Sequence record: PV991107.1
DNA from: a phage
Strand: one strand, 5' to 3'
Length of the DNA stretch: 39,336 bases
Below the pieces are notes generated by a model that had not been told where the DNA came from, ran no database searches, and saw only the letters and a list, made by a program, of their open reading frames with translations. The position numbers were made by a program, and so were the translations under genes. This document shows positions 18,426-26,454 of the stretch, piece after piece; within the stretch, counting starts at the first letter, position 1; the number at the start of each line of letters is the position of its first letter.

Positions 18426-18929
18426 ATGGAACGTAATGCTAATGCATACTATGAGCTGCTGGCTGCAACCGTTGAGGCATTTATCGAGCGTATTCAGTAC
18501 GACCACCTGACTCAAGATGATGACTACAGCGATGCGCTGCATGAAGTCGTAGACGGTCAAGTTCCGCACTATTACCACGAGATTTTCACGGTGATGGCTG
18601 CTGATGGCATAGACCACGAGTTCGAAGACTCTGGGCTGATGCCTGAAACCAAGGACGTAACGCGTATCCTACAAGCTCGCATCTATGAGGCGCTTTATAA
18701 CGATGTGTCTAATAGCTTGGATGTAGTCTGGTTTGAGGATGAAGAGGCAGACGAAGAGGATGAATATTGGGTAGTTGACGCTAAAACAGGCGAGATAATT
18801 GTGCAAGCTGTAGCTCTTGAGGTCGCTACTGCATGTGCCGAGGTCAACTATGCGGCAGGCCGCCACCTGAAGGTGGAAGACATCAATGATAACGTAGTGT
18901 TCGACCCTGCGGCTGAGGACTGCGAGTGA
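18426..18929 (+). CDS. ocr: Ocr-like DNA-mimic anti-restriction protein (T7 gene 0.3 homolog) with about 50-aa C-terminal extension
   Basis: ..[46 protein letters not shown].. matches the core of T7 Ocr as recalled; very acidic; 167 aa versus 117 aa in T7; SD GAGAGGA. Confidence 0.8.
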   Translation: MERNANAYYELLAATVEAFIERIQYDHLTQDDDYSDALHEVVDGQVPHYYHEIFTVMAADGIDHEFEDSGLMPETKDVTRILQARIYEALYNDVSNSLDVVWFEDEEADEEDEYWVVDAKTGEIIVQAVALEVATACAEVNYAAGRHLKVEDINDNVVFDPAAEDCE

Positions 18930-19083
18930 TGATAACTTACGGTTTATGCCAGCACCACGTCACCAACGCCAGGATTTTGGTCAAAACCGGGCGGTTAAAC
19001 CACGAGGAGGCCATGCGTCTCTTGAAAGTGGTCTACAGGAGACGCAAGCGCATACACGATAGTTTACACACTGAGTGATAGAC

Positions 19084-19123
19084 GAGAGGTCATCGACTGA
19101 TAGGTGGCCTCAAAGATTATCAC
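19084..19123 (+). promoter_or_regulatory. RNase III-like processing hairpin (R0.3-like)
   Basis: GAGAGGTCATCGACTGATAGGTGGCCTCAAAGATTATCAC; shares AGGTCAT...GTGGCCT core with the other three sites. Confidence 0.45.
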
Positions 19124-19144
19124 TTAAATTGATAGGAGTTAACT

Positions 19145-19312
19145 ATGAAATTTACAGGAATAGCACTTTACGTAACGATTATTATGGCGTGGCTGACTGC
19201 GGTATTCACTGATGGGAACGCATTACGACTAGGCTGGATGGCAGTGGATATTATCTTCTCTCCGGTAGGGGTCGTGCGGGGCACCTTGATGTGGTTTGGA
19301 TTGGCGGGATAA
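19145..19312 (+). CDS. Small membrane protein (55 aa), early region (gene 0.4-like position)
   Basis: ATG after AGGAG; MKFTGIALYVTIIMAWLTAVF.. predicted TM helix; coordinates hand-placed. Confidence 0.4.
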   Translation: MKFTGIALYVTIIMAWLTAVFTDGNALRLGWMAVDIIFSPVGVVRGTLMWFGLAG

Positions 19313-19400
19313 ACTATGAGTGTGGGATATTTGGTATGCCTGTCTCCGGTCATCTTTCTGATAGCTTGGGGATATACGATTGTATTAAACGGAAATCACT

Positions 19401-19598
19401 ATGAGTAGCACACTATTGATAGCCATAGGCTATGTACTTATCGCCTACGTGCTGGTGAGAGACATCAACAAGGCACGTAAAGTCTACAAATTCAACTATG
19501 TACGTATGGTCCGCTGGACTGTACGTCAACCTAACGGACGATTCCTGCGCAATTTAGCGAACGTCTGGGATATAGCAACTCTTGGGAGCAAACTGTAA
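19401..19598 (+). CDS. Small membrane-anchored early protein (65 aa)
   Basis: ORF track; N-terminal hydrophobic helix LLIAIGYVLIAYVLV then basic tail; stop overlaps next start (TAATG). Confidence 0.4.
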   Translation: MSSTLLIAIGYVLIAYVLVRDINKARKVYKFNYVRMVRWTVRQPNGRFLRNLANVWDIATLGSKL

Positions 19599-19924
19599 TG
19601 AACAAGTCATACGGGATTAATCTGGTACACTCTATGGACGCAGAAATGAACATGTTAAGCCTACTGGCTACCGGGTATCGTCACGGAACGTCAAGTCACA
19701 CCGCACGTCAACAGCAGGAGCGGGACCGTGTACTACAGGCGCGACTCCGGGCAGAGGGCCATAAGTCCGAACTGATGTGTCTGGCGTATGGCGGACGACC
19801 ACTAACAGACGATGGTAAACTTTTAGTCTCAGGCTGGAAGGCGATAGACCAGCGGTCAACCATCAAGCACACGACCAAAGGTGACTTCAGTCATCTTCAC
19901 GCTAACCCACTGATATGCAAGTAA
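19598..19924 (+). CDS. Hypothetical early protein (108 aa)
   Basis: ORF track; translationally coupled to upstream ORF; occupies the slot where T7 has the 0.7 protein kinase but is far too short to be a kinase. Confidence 0.45.
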   Translation: MNKSYGINLVHSMDAEMNMLSLLATGYRHGTSSHTARQQQERDRVLQARLRAEGHKSELMCLAYGGRPLTDDGKLLVSGWKAIDQRSTIKHTTKGDFSHLHANPLICK

Positions 19925-19929
19925 TTATG

Positions 19930-19952
19930 ACTTAACTATCACTATAGGACTC
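19930..19952 (+). promoter_or_regulatory. Phage RNAP promoter immediately upstream of the RNAP gene
   Basis: ACTTAACTATCACTATAGGACTC, same variant as the site at 17001; +1 about 19947, 75 nt upstream of the gene 1 ATG. Confidence 0.7.
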
Positions 19953-20021
19953 AAGGTCTAAGACTCCAAGTGAAAGACCAAAGAGACTCTAAGTGAAAGA
20001 CTAATAACAAGGACTTTAAGT

Positions 20022-22703
20022 ATGAGCGTCATCTCTATTGACAAACACGACTTCTCTGATGTGTCGAACGCCATTGAGCCGTTTAACCTGCTGGCTGACC
20101 ACTACGGGCAAGACCTTGCAGTCAAACAGCTTCAGCTTGAGCATGAGGCATATACAGAAGGCGAGCGACGTTTCATCAAGAACCTTGAGCGCCAGACCGA
20201 GCGCGGGGAACTGGCAGACAATCAGGTCGCCAAGCCTTTGATGCAGACTCTGGTGCCTGAGATTGCGCAAGCAGTCAAGGAGTGGCACGAAGGCCAAGAC
20301 GGGAAGCTGTCAACCTCTCGTCCTAGCGTAGCGTTCACCATGTTGAGCACTGAAGAGAAGGCCGTAAAGGACCGCTCTCTGCGCATCTCCTGTGAGTCTG
20401 CTGCGGTTATCATACTGAAGGTCATTCTCTCCAAGCTGGTCAAGCCTGAAGGGATACCGATTACACCGATGGCCTCCGCGATAGGTCGCACACTTGAGGA
20501 CGAAATCCGCTTCGGTCGCATCCGTGACAAAGAGAAAGAGCACTTCAAGAAGGCGATAGCTGATAACCTGAATAAGCGGGCCGGGGCGTCATACAAGAAA
20601 GCCTACATGCAAGCGGTCGAGGCGTCCATGCTGGAGCAAGGCCAACTGGAAGATGCGTGGGGGACTTGGAGTCCTACAGAGGCTGTCCACGTTGGCATCA
20701 AGATGCTCGAGATTGTCATCCAGTCAACACAACTGGTCGAGCTTAAGCGGTACGGTGCTGGTAATGCAGCGGCTGACGTAGAGATGGTCCACCTGTCAGA
20801 CTTCTGGGTCAAGAAGATGGCACAACGAGGATTCAGCCTTGCGGGTATCGCTCCAGTCTACCAGCCTTGCGTCGTTCCACCTAAGCCGTGGACTGGTGTC
20901 GTAGGTGGTGGGTACTGGGCCAAAGGTCGCAGACCGTTACCATTGATTCGCTTAGGGTCTAAGTCTGCGGTAGCACGTTATGAAGACGTATACATGCCTG
21001 AAGTCTATGACGCTGTGAACATCATTCAGAATACACCTTGGAAAGTTAACAAGAAGGTTCTGGACGTGGTGAACATGGTCGAGAAGCTGAACAACACGCC
21101 TATTGATGACATCCCTCAGATGGAGCCACTGAAGCCTGAGGACTATGCGGGTGAGACTGAAGAAGAACTCAAGGCATGGAAGAAGGCTGCTGCTGGTATC
21201 TATCGCCGCGAGAAGGCCAGACAGTCACGCAGATTATCACTGAGCTTTATCGTTAACCAAGCAAACAAGTTCTCTCAGTTCAAGGCCATCTGGTTCCCGT
21301 ACAACATGGATTGGCGAGGTCGTGTCTACGCTGTCCCGATGTTCAACCCTCAGGGTAACGACATGCAGAAGGGTCTACTGACTCTGGCGGTCGGAAAGCC
21401 TATCGGGGCGGATGGTTTCAAATGGCTTAAAGTCCACGGTGCAAACTGTGCGGGTGTCGATAAAGTCACCTTCGAGGAGCGCATCAAGTGGGTGGAAGAC
21501 AACCACGAAAACATCATGGCTGCTGCTAAGGCACCGATGGATAGTATTGAGTGGTGGGGCAAGTTAGACTCTCCGTTCTGTTTCCTCGCGTTCTGCTTCG
21601 AGTATGCTGGCGTAATGCACCACGGCCTGTCTTACTCCTGCTCGCTGCCGATAGCGTTCGATGGGTCCTGCTCTGGTATTCAGCACTTCAGTGCGATGCT
21701 TCGTGACCACATCGGTGGACATGCAGTAAACCTGACGCCATCCGGTAAGGTACAAGACATCTACCGCATTGTGTCTGACCGCATTGAGGAGGCGCTTAAA
21801 GTCCTGCTGGTTAACGGTACGGACAACGAGATGGTGACTCACGAGGACAAGAAAACTGGTGAGATTACCGAACGTCTCAAGCTGGGGACACGAGAGCTGG
21901 CCCGTCAGTGGCTGCAATTCGGTATGTCTCGCTCGGTCACTAAGCGTTCGGTCATGACTCTGGCCTACGGGTCGAAAGAGTATGGGTTCGCCGACCAAGT
22001 GTTCGAAGACACCGTGATGCCAGCGATTGACTCCGGTAAGGGAGCAATGTTCACCGAGCCAAGCCAAGCGTCTCGCTTCATGGCTAAGATGATTTGGGAA
22101 GCTGTGAGTGTGACAGTAGTTGCTGCGGTTGACGCGATGAAGTGGCTTCAAGGTGCCGCTAAGCTGCTGGCTGCTGAAGTGAAGGACAAGAAGACTGGTG
22201 AAATCCTGAAGCCATGCCTTCCGGTACACTGGGTCACACCTGATGGGTTCCCGGTCTGGCAGGAATACCGCAAGAAGGATACCACTCGTCTGAACCTGAT
22301 GTTCTTAGGGTCCTTCAACCTTCAACCTACGGTCAACAAAGGTACGAAGAAAGAGCTGGACAAGCACAAGCAGGAGTCAGGCATTAGCCCGAACTTCGTC
22401 CACTCACAAGATGGTAGCCACCTCCGCAAGACTGTAGTCCACACTCACCGAAAGTATGGCGTGATGTCATTCGCAGTGATTCACGATAGCTTCGGGACCA
22501 TCCCGGCTGACGCTGAGTATCTGTTCCGTGGCGTCCGTGAGACGATGGTAGAGACTTACCGCGATAACGATGTGCTGCTTGACTTCTACGAGCAGTTTGA
22601 ATACCAGCTTCATGAAAGTCAGCGCGACAAGTTGCCTGAGCTTCCGAAGAAAGGTAAACTGAATATCGAAGACATCTTGTCTTCAGACTTTGCATTCGCT
22701 TAA
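20022..22703 (+). CDS. Single-subunit DNA-directed RNA polymerase (T7 gene 1 homolog)
   Basis: 893 aa (T7 RNAP 883 aa); extensive similarity including C-terminal ..HDSFGTIPADA..VRETMV.TY..DFYEQF..QLHESQ.DK.P.LP.KG.LN..DIL.SDFAFA. Confidence 0.97.
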   Translation: MSVISIDKHDFSDVSNAIEPFNLLADHYGQDLAVKQLQLEHEAYTEGERRFIKNLERQTERGELADNQVAKPLMQTLVPEIAQAVKEWHEGQDGKLSTSRPSVAFTMLSTEEKAVKDRSLRISCESAAVIILKVILSKLVKPEGIPITPMASAIGRTLEDEIRFGRIRDKEKEHFKKAIADNLNKRAGASYKKAYMQAVEASMLEQGQLEDAWGTWSPTEAVHVGIKMLEIVIQSTQLVELKRYGAGNAAADVEMVHLSDFWVKKMAQRGFSLAGIAPVYQPCVVPPKPWTGVVGGGYWAKGRRPLPLIRLGSKSAVARYEDVYMPEVYDAVNIIQNTPWKVNKKVLDVVNMVEKLNNTPIDDIPQMEPLKPEDYAGETEEELKAWKKAAAGIYRREKARQSRRLSLSFIVNQANKFSQFKAIWFPYNMDWRGRVYAVPMFNPQGNDMQKGLLTLAVGKPIGADGFKWLKVHGANCAGVDKVTFEERIKWVEDNHENIMAAAKAPMDSIEWWGKLDSPFCFLAFCFEYAGVMHHGLSYSCSLPIAFDGSCSGIQHFSAMLRDHIGGHAVNLTPSGKVQDIYRIVSDRIEEALKVLLVNGTDNEMVTHEDKKTGEITERLKLGTRELARQWLQFGMSRSVTKRSVMTLAYGSKEYGFADQVFEDTVMPAIDSGKGAMFTEPSQASRFMAKMIWEAVSVTVVAAVDAMKWLQGAAKLLAAEVKDKKTGEILKPCLPVHWVTPDGFPVWQEYRKKDTTRLNLMFLGSFNLQPTVNKGTKKELDKHKQESGISPNFVHSQDGSHLRKTVVHTHRKYGVMSFAVIHDSFGTIPADAEYLFRGVRETMVETYRDNDVLLDFYEQFEYQLHESQRDKLPELPKKGKLNIEDILSSDFAFA

Positions 22704-22718
22704 CAGGAGGAGAAGTAT

Positions 22719-22949
22719 ATGTCAATGAAACTTGTAGCACACAACAGGACATACAACGATGGGTCGGGACGTTGCCATGTAGAGCTGACTTATAGGGATT
22801 TAGTCATTCTCCGAGACAGATTACAAGCGGGTGTGACTGGGTGGATTCAACCTAACGAGTACAACCTTATAGCTTCGATTGATGAAGTGCTTAACGCGTG
22901 GATGGAAGACGAGCGCACTCAGTATCCGTCATTCCCTATAATTAGATAA
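22719..22949 (+). CDS. Hypothetical protein (76 aa), accessory slot between gene 1 and the phi1.1 promoter
   Basis: ORF track; strong SD AGGAGGAG; no T7 counterpart at this position. Confidence 0.5.
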   Translation: MSMKLVAHNRTYNDGSGRCHVELTYRDLVILRDRLQAGVTGWIQPNEYNLIASIDEVLNAWMEDERTQYPSFPIIR

Positions 22950-22959
22950 GGAGAGAGTT

Positions 22960-23175
22960 ATGAAATTTGCACACAAGCATGCTGGAGTTAAGGGCGGGAC
23001 TCAAATCGTGACCGTAACAGAACACAACGGCAATGGTCTGGTGAAGACCACGGTCATTCCTACCGAAATGTCAAAGCAGCTTAACGTCCCATTCAAGACC
23101 CTCGTCTATCTTGTGGAATCCAGCCACGAGAAATACCTGAAAGACGCAGTGACCAAGCTGGAGCAGACCAAATGA
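22960..23175 (+). CDS. Hypothetical protein (71 aa), accessory slot
   Basis: ORF track; SD AAGGAGAG; no T7 counterpart at this position. Confidence 0.5.
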   Translation: MKFAHKHAGVKGGTQIVTVTEHNGNGLVKTTVIPTEMSKQLNVPFKTLVYLVESSHEKYLKDAVTKLEQTK

Positions 23176-23249
23176 CAGACCTACAGTTACTGGCCTTGTG
23201 GCTGGGAGCACTCGCATTATTCACTTTAATCCCACGCAGAAGAGGTTAA
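23172..23249 (+). CDS. Tiny hydrophobic peptide (25 aa), ATGA-coupled
   Basis: MTDLQLLALWLGALALFTLIPRRRG; start overlaps previous stop; ends immediately before the promoter. Confidence 0.25.
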   Translation: MTDLQLLALWLGALALFTLIPRRRG

Positions 23250-23272
23250 CCTAAACTATCACTATAGGATTA
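23250..23272 (+). promoter_or_regulatory. Phage RNAP promoter (phi1.1-like)
   Basis: CCTAAACTATCACTATAGGATTA; consensus -16 to +2. Confidence 0.8.
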
Positions 23273-23312
23273 GACTCAAGGTCATGACTCAAAGTCGTGG
23301 CCTTCATGATTA
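23271..23312 (+). promoter_or_regulatory. RNase III-like processing hairpin (R1.1-like)
   Basis: TAGACTCAAGGTCATGACTCAAAGTCGTGGCCTTCATGATTA. Confidence 0.5.
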
Positions 23313-23342
23313 ACCCTAACTCATTCAATCAGGAGCTACACC

Positions 23343-23522
23343 ATGTATCAGAACACTATCAACTTCGAGCGCATCCGTGAACGTCAGCAGACTGAAGATT
23401 ACATTCCGAAGGGCCGCAAGCTGAACAAGACTAAACGTGGCGGCGGTGTCAAGGGTACTTTCCGTAACGCTGAAGGCAAAGACTCTCTGGTCAACAAAGA
23501 GAAGTATTTCATAGGAGCGTAA
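23343..23522 (+). CDS. Gene 1.1-like small basic protein (59 aa)
   Basis: ..KGRKLNKTKRGGG.. resembles T7 gp1.1; SD AGGAG; below the ORF-track length cutoff, hand-placed. Confidence 0.6.
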   Translation: MYQNTINFERIRERQQTEDYIPKGRKLNKTKRGGGVKGTFRNAEGKDSLVNKEKYFIGA

Positions 23523-23525
23523 GCC

Positions 23526-23774
23526 ATGAGTAAACGTTGGTTATTCGACGCATCCACGAGCCAGTGGTCAGCGTTAGGCCGGACTCACCGCGAGATGAGT
23601 GAGGCAGGACTTGATGTCCTAATGGATTACTCGCCGTGCCCCGGGAAAACTCTGGTAAGAATCATTGAAGCAGACGGGAAGCCTCTGGTATCCAGCGAGT
23701 TCACCGAACACGAAATCTTTAGCTGTGAGCAATGGTGCTTGCAACAACTGAATGCTTATAGGAGCTGGAAATAA
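23526..23774 (+). CDS. Gene 1.2-like protein (T7 gp1.2 is the host dGTPase inhibitor); call by position and size
   Basis: 82 aa (T7 gp1.2 85 aa), located between 1.1 and ligase; sequence similarity to T7 not confidently recognised. Confidence 0.5.
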   Translation: MSKRWLFDASTSQWSALGRTHREMSEAGLDVLMDYSPCPGKTLVRIIEADGKPLVSSEFTEHEIFSCEQWCLQQLNAYRSWK

Positions 23775-24889
23775 TGACTACGACTATTAAAACTAACCCG
23801 CACCGCGCTGTAGATTACTCTGAGTCTGGAGTTAAGAAGGCACTGGATGCTGCCGGGTCGCTCGAAGCTGAAGTGAAGTATGACGGTGTGCGTATAAACA
23901 TCCCGGTCTTCCCTACTGGTGAGGCCCAATGGTTGAGCCGTGAGTCTAAACCTCTCCCAGCCCTTGAGTGGCTGTCAGTCCTTACCAACATCGACAACAT
24001 CGTCGAGGACCAGCAAAAAGCTAGCGACTGGCGGTGGTTCCTGAAGCAGGCTGGCTACGAAGGCACTGGTCTGATGATTGACGGTGAGGTCATGGTAAAA
24101 GGAGTGGACTTCAATACGTCTTCAGGTCTCATCCGAACGAAGTGGGTAAAGCAAAAGAACTTTGAGTTTTCAACTGGTGAGCACTGGGGTAAGGACTGGA
24201 CGAAAGAGAAGCTACCATTCTGTCTGGACCAGAGGTTCATCAAGGTGGTCGTCTACGGTGTAGTGGACCTTAACGTCATCCTTGACCAGAAAGCTGAAGG
24301 TCCTATCCATAGCGTCACACGCCTGAAGGCCGAAGCTATCGTCCCTCTCCTCCAGAAATACTTCCCGGAAATCGACTGGGTTCTGTCTGAGTCACACACG
24401 GTCTATGACCTTGAGTCGCTCAACTCCCTGTACGAACAGAAGCGTCTGGAAGGACACGAGGGTCTGGTAGTCAAGGACCCGCTTGGTAAATACAAGCGTG
24501 GCAAGAAGTCTGGCATGTGGAAAATGAAGCCTGAGGAGACCATCGACGGGACCGTGTGTGGCCTCGTGTGGGGGACTCCGGGTAAAGCTAACGAGGGTAA
24601 GGTCATAGGATTTGAGGTGCTACTGGAAGATGGTATGGTGGTTAACGCCTGCGGTCTGACTGAAACACAGAAGGACGAGTTCACGGCTAAGGTCAATGAA
24701 GACCCGCTTGCTGCGGGGGGCATCTTTGCTCCGTATGCCATTGGTGGTAACGAACCTTACTTCGATAACCCATACGAAGGCTGGCAGTGTGAAGTCCTAT
24801 TCATGGAGCGGTTCCCAGATGGTTCACTTCGTCACCCCAGCTTCAAGTGCTGGCGTGGAACGGAAGACAATCCAACCGTTAAGAGTTAA
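23774..24889 (+). CDS. ATP-dependent DNA ligase (T7 gene 1.3 homolog)
   Basis: 371 aa; adenylation motif KYDGVR (active-site lysine motif KxDG) near N-terminus. Confidence 0.95.
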   Translation: MTTTIKTNPHRAVDYSESGVKKALDAAGSLEAEVKYDGVRINIPVFPTGEAQWLSRESKPLPALEWLSVLTNIDNIVEDQQKASDWRWFLKQAGYEGTGLMIDGEVMVKGVDFNTSSGLIRTKWVKQKNFEFSTGEHWGKDWTKEKLPFCLDQRFIKVVVYGVVDLNVILDQKAEGPIHSVTRLKAEAIVPLLQKYFPEIDWVLSESHTVYDLESLNSLYEQKRLEGHEGLVVKDPLGKYKRGKKSGMWKMKPEETIDGTVCGLVWGTPGKANEGKVIGFEVLLEDGMVVNACGLTETQKDEFTAKVNEDPLAAGGIFAPYAIGGNEPYFDNPYEGWQCEVLFMERFPDGSLRHPSFKCWRGTEDNPTVKS

Positions 24890-24900
24890 CTAAACGTCAA

Positions 24901-24932
24901 CCCAGTGGTCTTCGGACTGCTGGGTTTCTTTG
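24901..24932 (+). terminator. Intrinsic terminator at the end of the early region (TE-like)
   Basis: CCCAGTGGTC-TTCG-GACTGCTGGG then TTTCTTTG; 10-bp stem (with G-U pairs), UUCG tetraloop, U-tract; same position as T7 TE (after gene 1.3). Confidence 0.7.
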
Positions 24933-24971
24933 CTTATGCTAGCAAGCTATCGTTTGGGGAACCAGCCTGAC

Positions 24972-24994
24972 CCTAAGCTATCACTATAGGACAA
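24972..24994 (+). promoter_or_regulatory. Phage RNAP promoter (phi1.5/1.6-like)
   Basis: CCTAAGCTATCACTATAGGACAA. Confidence 0.7.
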
Positions 24995-25022
24995 CCATAA
25001 CTTCGACCTAAGGAGGCCGACC

Positions 25023-25277
25023 ATGTTTAAGAACTTAATGTTCAACCGTTATTCCAATACCTTCCATCTGTCCAACAACCCGTTCGCTTGCATTAAGTGT
25101 AATGAGAAGCTGGGCTACTTCGGGAAGGCCGTTAAGCTGTCACCTACAGTCTTCGCTCTCATTACTCCGGGCAAAGCTGAAGAGGCTCGCCAGAAGCGTG
25201 AGACAAATGTGCCAGTGGTCTACACTAAGTGGCCTCGAGTTCGTCTGTTCGTTGAGGTCGTGAAGGAGGTGTTCTGA
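25023..25277 (+). CDS. Hypothetical protein (84 aa; gene 1.6-like position)
   Basis: ORF track; SD AGGAGG upstream. Confidence 0.5.
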   Translation: MFKNLMFNRYSNTFHLSNNPFACIKCNEKLGYFGKAVKLSPTVFALITPGKAEEARQKRETNVPVVYTKWPRVRLFVEVVKEVF

Positions 25278-25351
25278 TGGGATGTATAGCTTGCTTAGAG
25301 AAGGATGACCATTATCCACACACACCTGTAATAAAGGAGCTAACAATATGA
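25277..25351 (+). CDS. Tiny ORF (24 aa) ATGA-coupled on both sides; possible detached N-terminal segment of gene 1.7
   Basis: MGCIACLEKDDHYPHTPVIKELTI; resembles the N-terminal part of T7 gp1.7 as I recall it (..GCIACLEKDDRYPHT..) but lies in a different frame from the 1.7-like ORF. Confidence 0.25.
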   Translation: MGCIACLEKDDHYPHTPVIKELTI

Positions 25352-25818
25352 ACGCACTTGAACAAGAGATTATCATTAAGTTGGTAGATAATAACGAAGG
25401 TCGCCCAGATGATTTGAATGGCTGCGGTATTTTCTGCCATAATGTCCCTTGCTACCTCTGTCCTGTAAATATCAATAAAAAGATAACCTTAGGTGAAATC
25501 CGAGCGATGGACATACGTAAGCCTAAACTGGAGAAACCAGAGGTAACTACTACAGACGACCAGCCTTACGCTAAGGCTATCGACGACGTACGCAAGCCGT
25601 CCCACTATCAGGTCTTTGACGGTGTGGAGTCCATTGAGATTATCGCTCGGTCCCTGACTGTCAGCGAGTTCCGTGGTTTCTGCATGGGTAACGTCCTGAA
25701 GTATCGACTCCGAGCTGGTAAGAAGTCCGAGCTGGCTACTATGGAGAAGGACCTAAACAAAGCAGCCTTCTATCAGGAGCTGTTCGACCTGCATAAAGGT
25801 AAGTGTTATGACGCGTGA
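25348..25818 (+). CDS. Gene 1.7-like protein (T7 gp1.7 = nucleotide kinase), lacking the T7 N-terminal about 40 aa
   Basis: ..IIKLVDNNEGRPDDLNGCGIFCHNVPCYLCP...KITLGEIRAMD...KPSHY...VLKYRLRAGKKSE.. strongly resembles T7 gp1.7 residues about 41-196. Confidence 0.8.
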   Translation: MNALEQEIIIKLVDNNEGRPDDLNGCGIFCHNVPCYLCPVNINKKITLGEIRAMDIRKPKLEKPEVTTTDDQPYAKAIDDVRKPSHYQVFDGVESIEIIARSLTVSEFRGFCMGNVLKYRLRAGKKSELATMEKDLNKAAFYQELFDLHKGKCYDA

Positions 25819-26035
25819 AGAACTTAAAGCTGTAGGGGTGAAGCGTAGAGCGCTCAGTTTTTACCGAGCATACAAGGCGCTACGTAAGGGTATGTTAGCG
25901 TTCTCATTAGGACACAGTGAGTATTATGACTCTGACCTCCTACCGTTTGCTTATATGAAGACTCCTAGTATGATTATTAGGGTAGAGGAGTATGACCATT
26001 CTGACGACTGTGTAATGGTGAACCGATATGCTTAA
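25808..26035 (+). CDS. Hypothetical protein (75 aa)
   Basis: ORF track; overlaps 1.7-like stop. Confidence 0.45.
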   Translation: MTREELKAVGVKRRALSFYRAYKALRKGMLAFSLGHSEYYDSDLLPFAYMKTPSMIIRVEEYDHSDDCVMVNRYA

Positions 26036-26122
26036 ACCGAGTGAGTGGTGCCGGGAGATGTACGAGAAGACTCTCAACCCGGACTACATTACGTTATACA
26101 ACCAATGGAAGGAGCGTGGTTT

Positions 26123-26242
26123 ATGAACCAAGACCAGATTAACTTTGTGTGTCAGCTTATTAAGGAGTTCGTGGACTTCACTGATTTATCCGAAGAGGAA
26201 CTTGTTAAGCTGGAAGAGATTCTCGACAAGGAGGTTTTATGA
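26123..26242 (+). CDS. Small acidic hypothetical protein (39 aa)
   Basis: ORF-track frame 26045-26242 trimmed to ATG preceded by GGAAGGAG at 8-nt spacing. Confidence 0.35.
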   Translation: MNQDQINFVCQLIKEFVDFTDLSEEELVKLEEILDKEVL

Positions 26243-26397
26243 CTGAGGTTGAGAAGAAGTACATCGTGGAGCTTGAGGGACGCGTTCAGTCCTTCGAGGT
26301 TCCGTTGTACGCAAAGTCTCTTGAAGAGGCTACCCTGAAGTCCCAAGAGTATGAGGACGCTGGTTTTGTGGTCGGTCGGATTCGTCCTGAGGCCTAA
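26239..26397 (+). CDS. Host RNA polymerase inhibitor (T7 gene 2 / Gp2 homolog)
   Basis: 52 aa; ..[14 protein letters not shown]......[10 protein letters not shown] matches T7 Gp2 (..SFEVPIYAETLDEA......AGFEVTRVRP) as recalled; below ORF-track cutoff. Confidence 0.75.
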   Translation: MTEVEKKYIVELEGRVQSFEVPLYAKSLEEATLKSQEYEDAGFVVGRIRPEA

Positions 26398-26415
26398 ACT
26401 ATCACTGTAGGACAG
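26393..26415 (+). promoter_or_regulatory. Variant phage promoter (phi2.5-like) with G at -3
   Basis: CCTAAACTATCACTGTAGGACAG; single mismatch to consensus in the TATA element. Confidence 0.55.
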
Positions 26416-26454
26416 ACGTCCAGTTCGTAACTTTAAAATAGGAGATTCACACCA

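Noticed and set aside
21564-22229. 221-aa minus-strand ORF (and other minus-strand ORFs such as 37974-38375, 4482-5003, 26152-26562)
   Set aside because: All lie antisense inside well-supported + strand genes (RNAP, scaffold, gp14, SSB region); T7-like genomes are transcribed from one strand only; no promoters or SD sequences on the minus strand
26045-26242. ORF-track start at 26045 (GTG) for the small acidic ORF
   Set aside because: No SD before 26045; an internal ATG at 26123 has a good SD (GGAAGGAG), so the shorter product is more plausible
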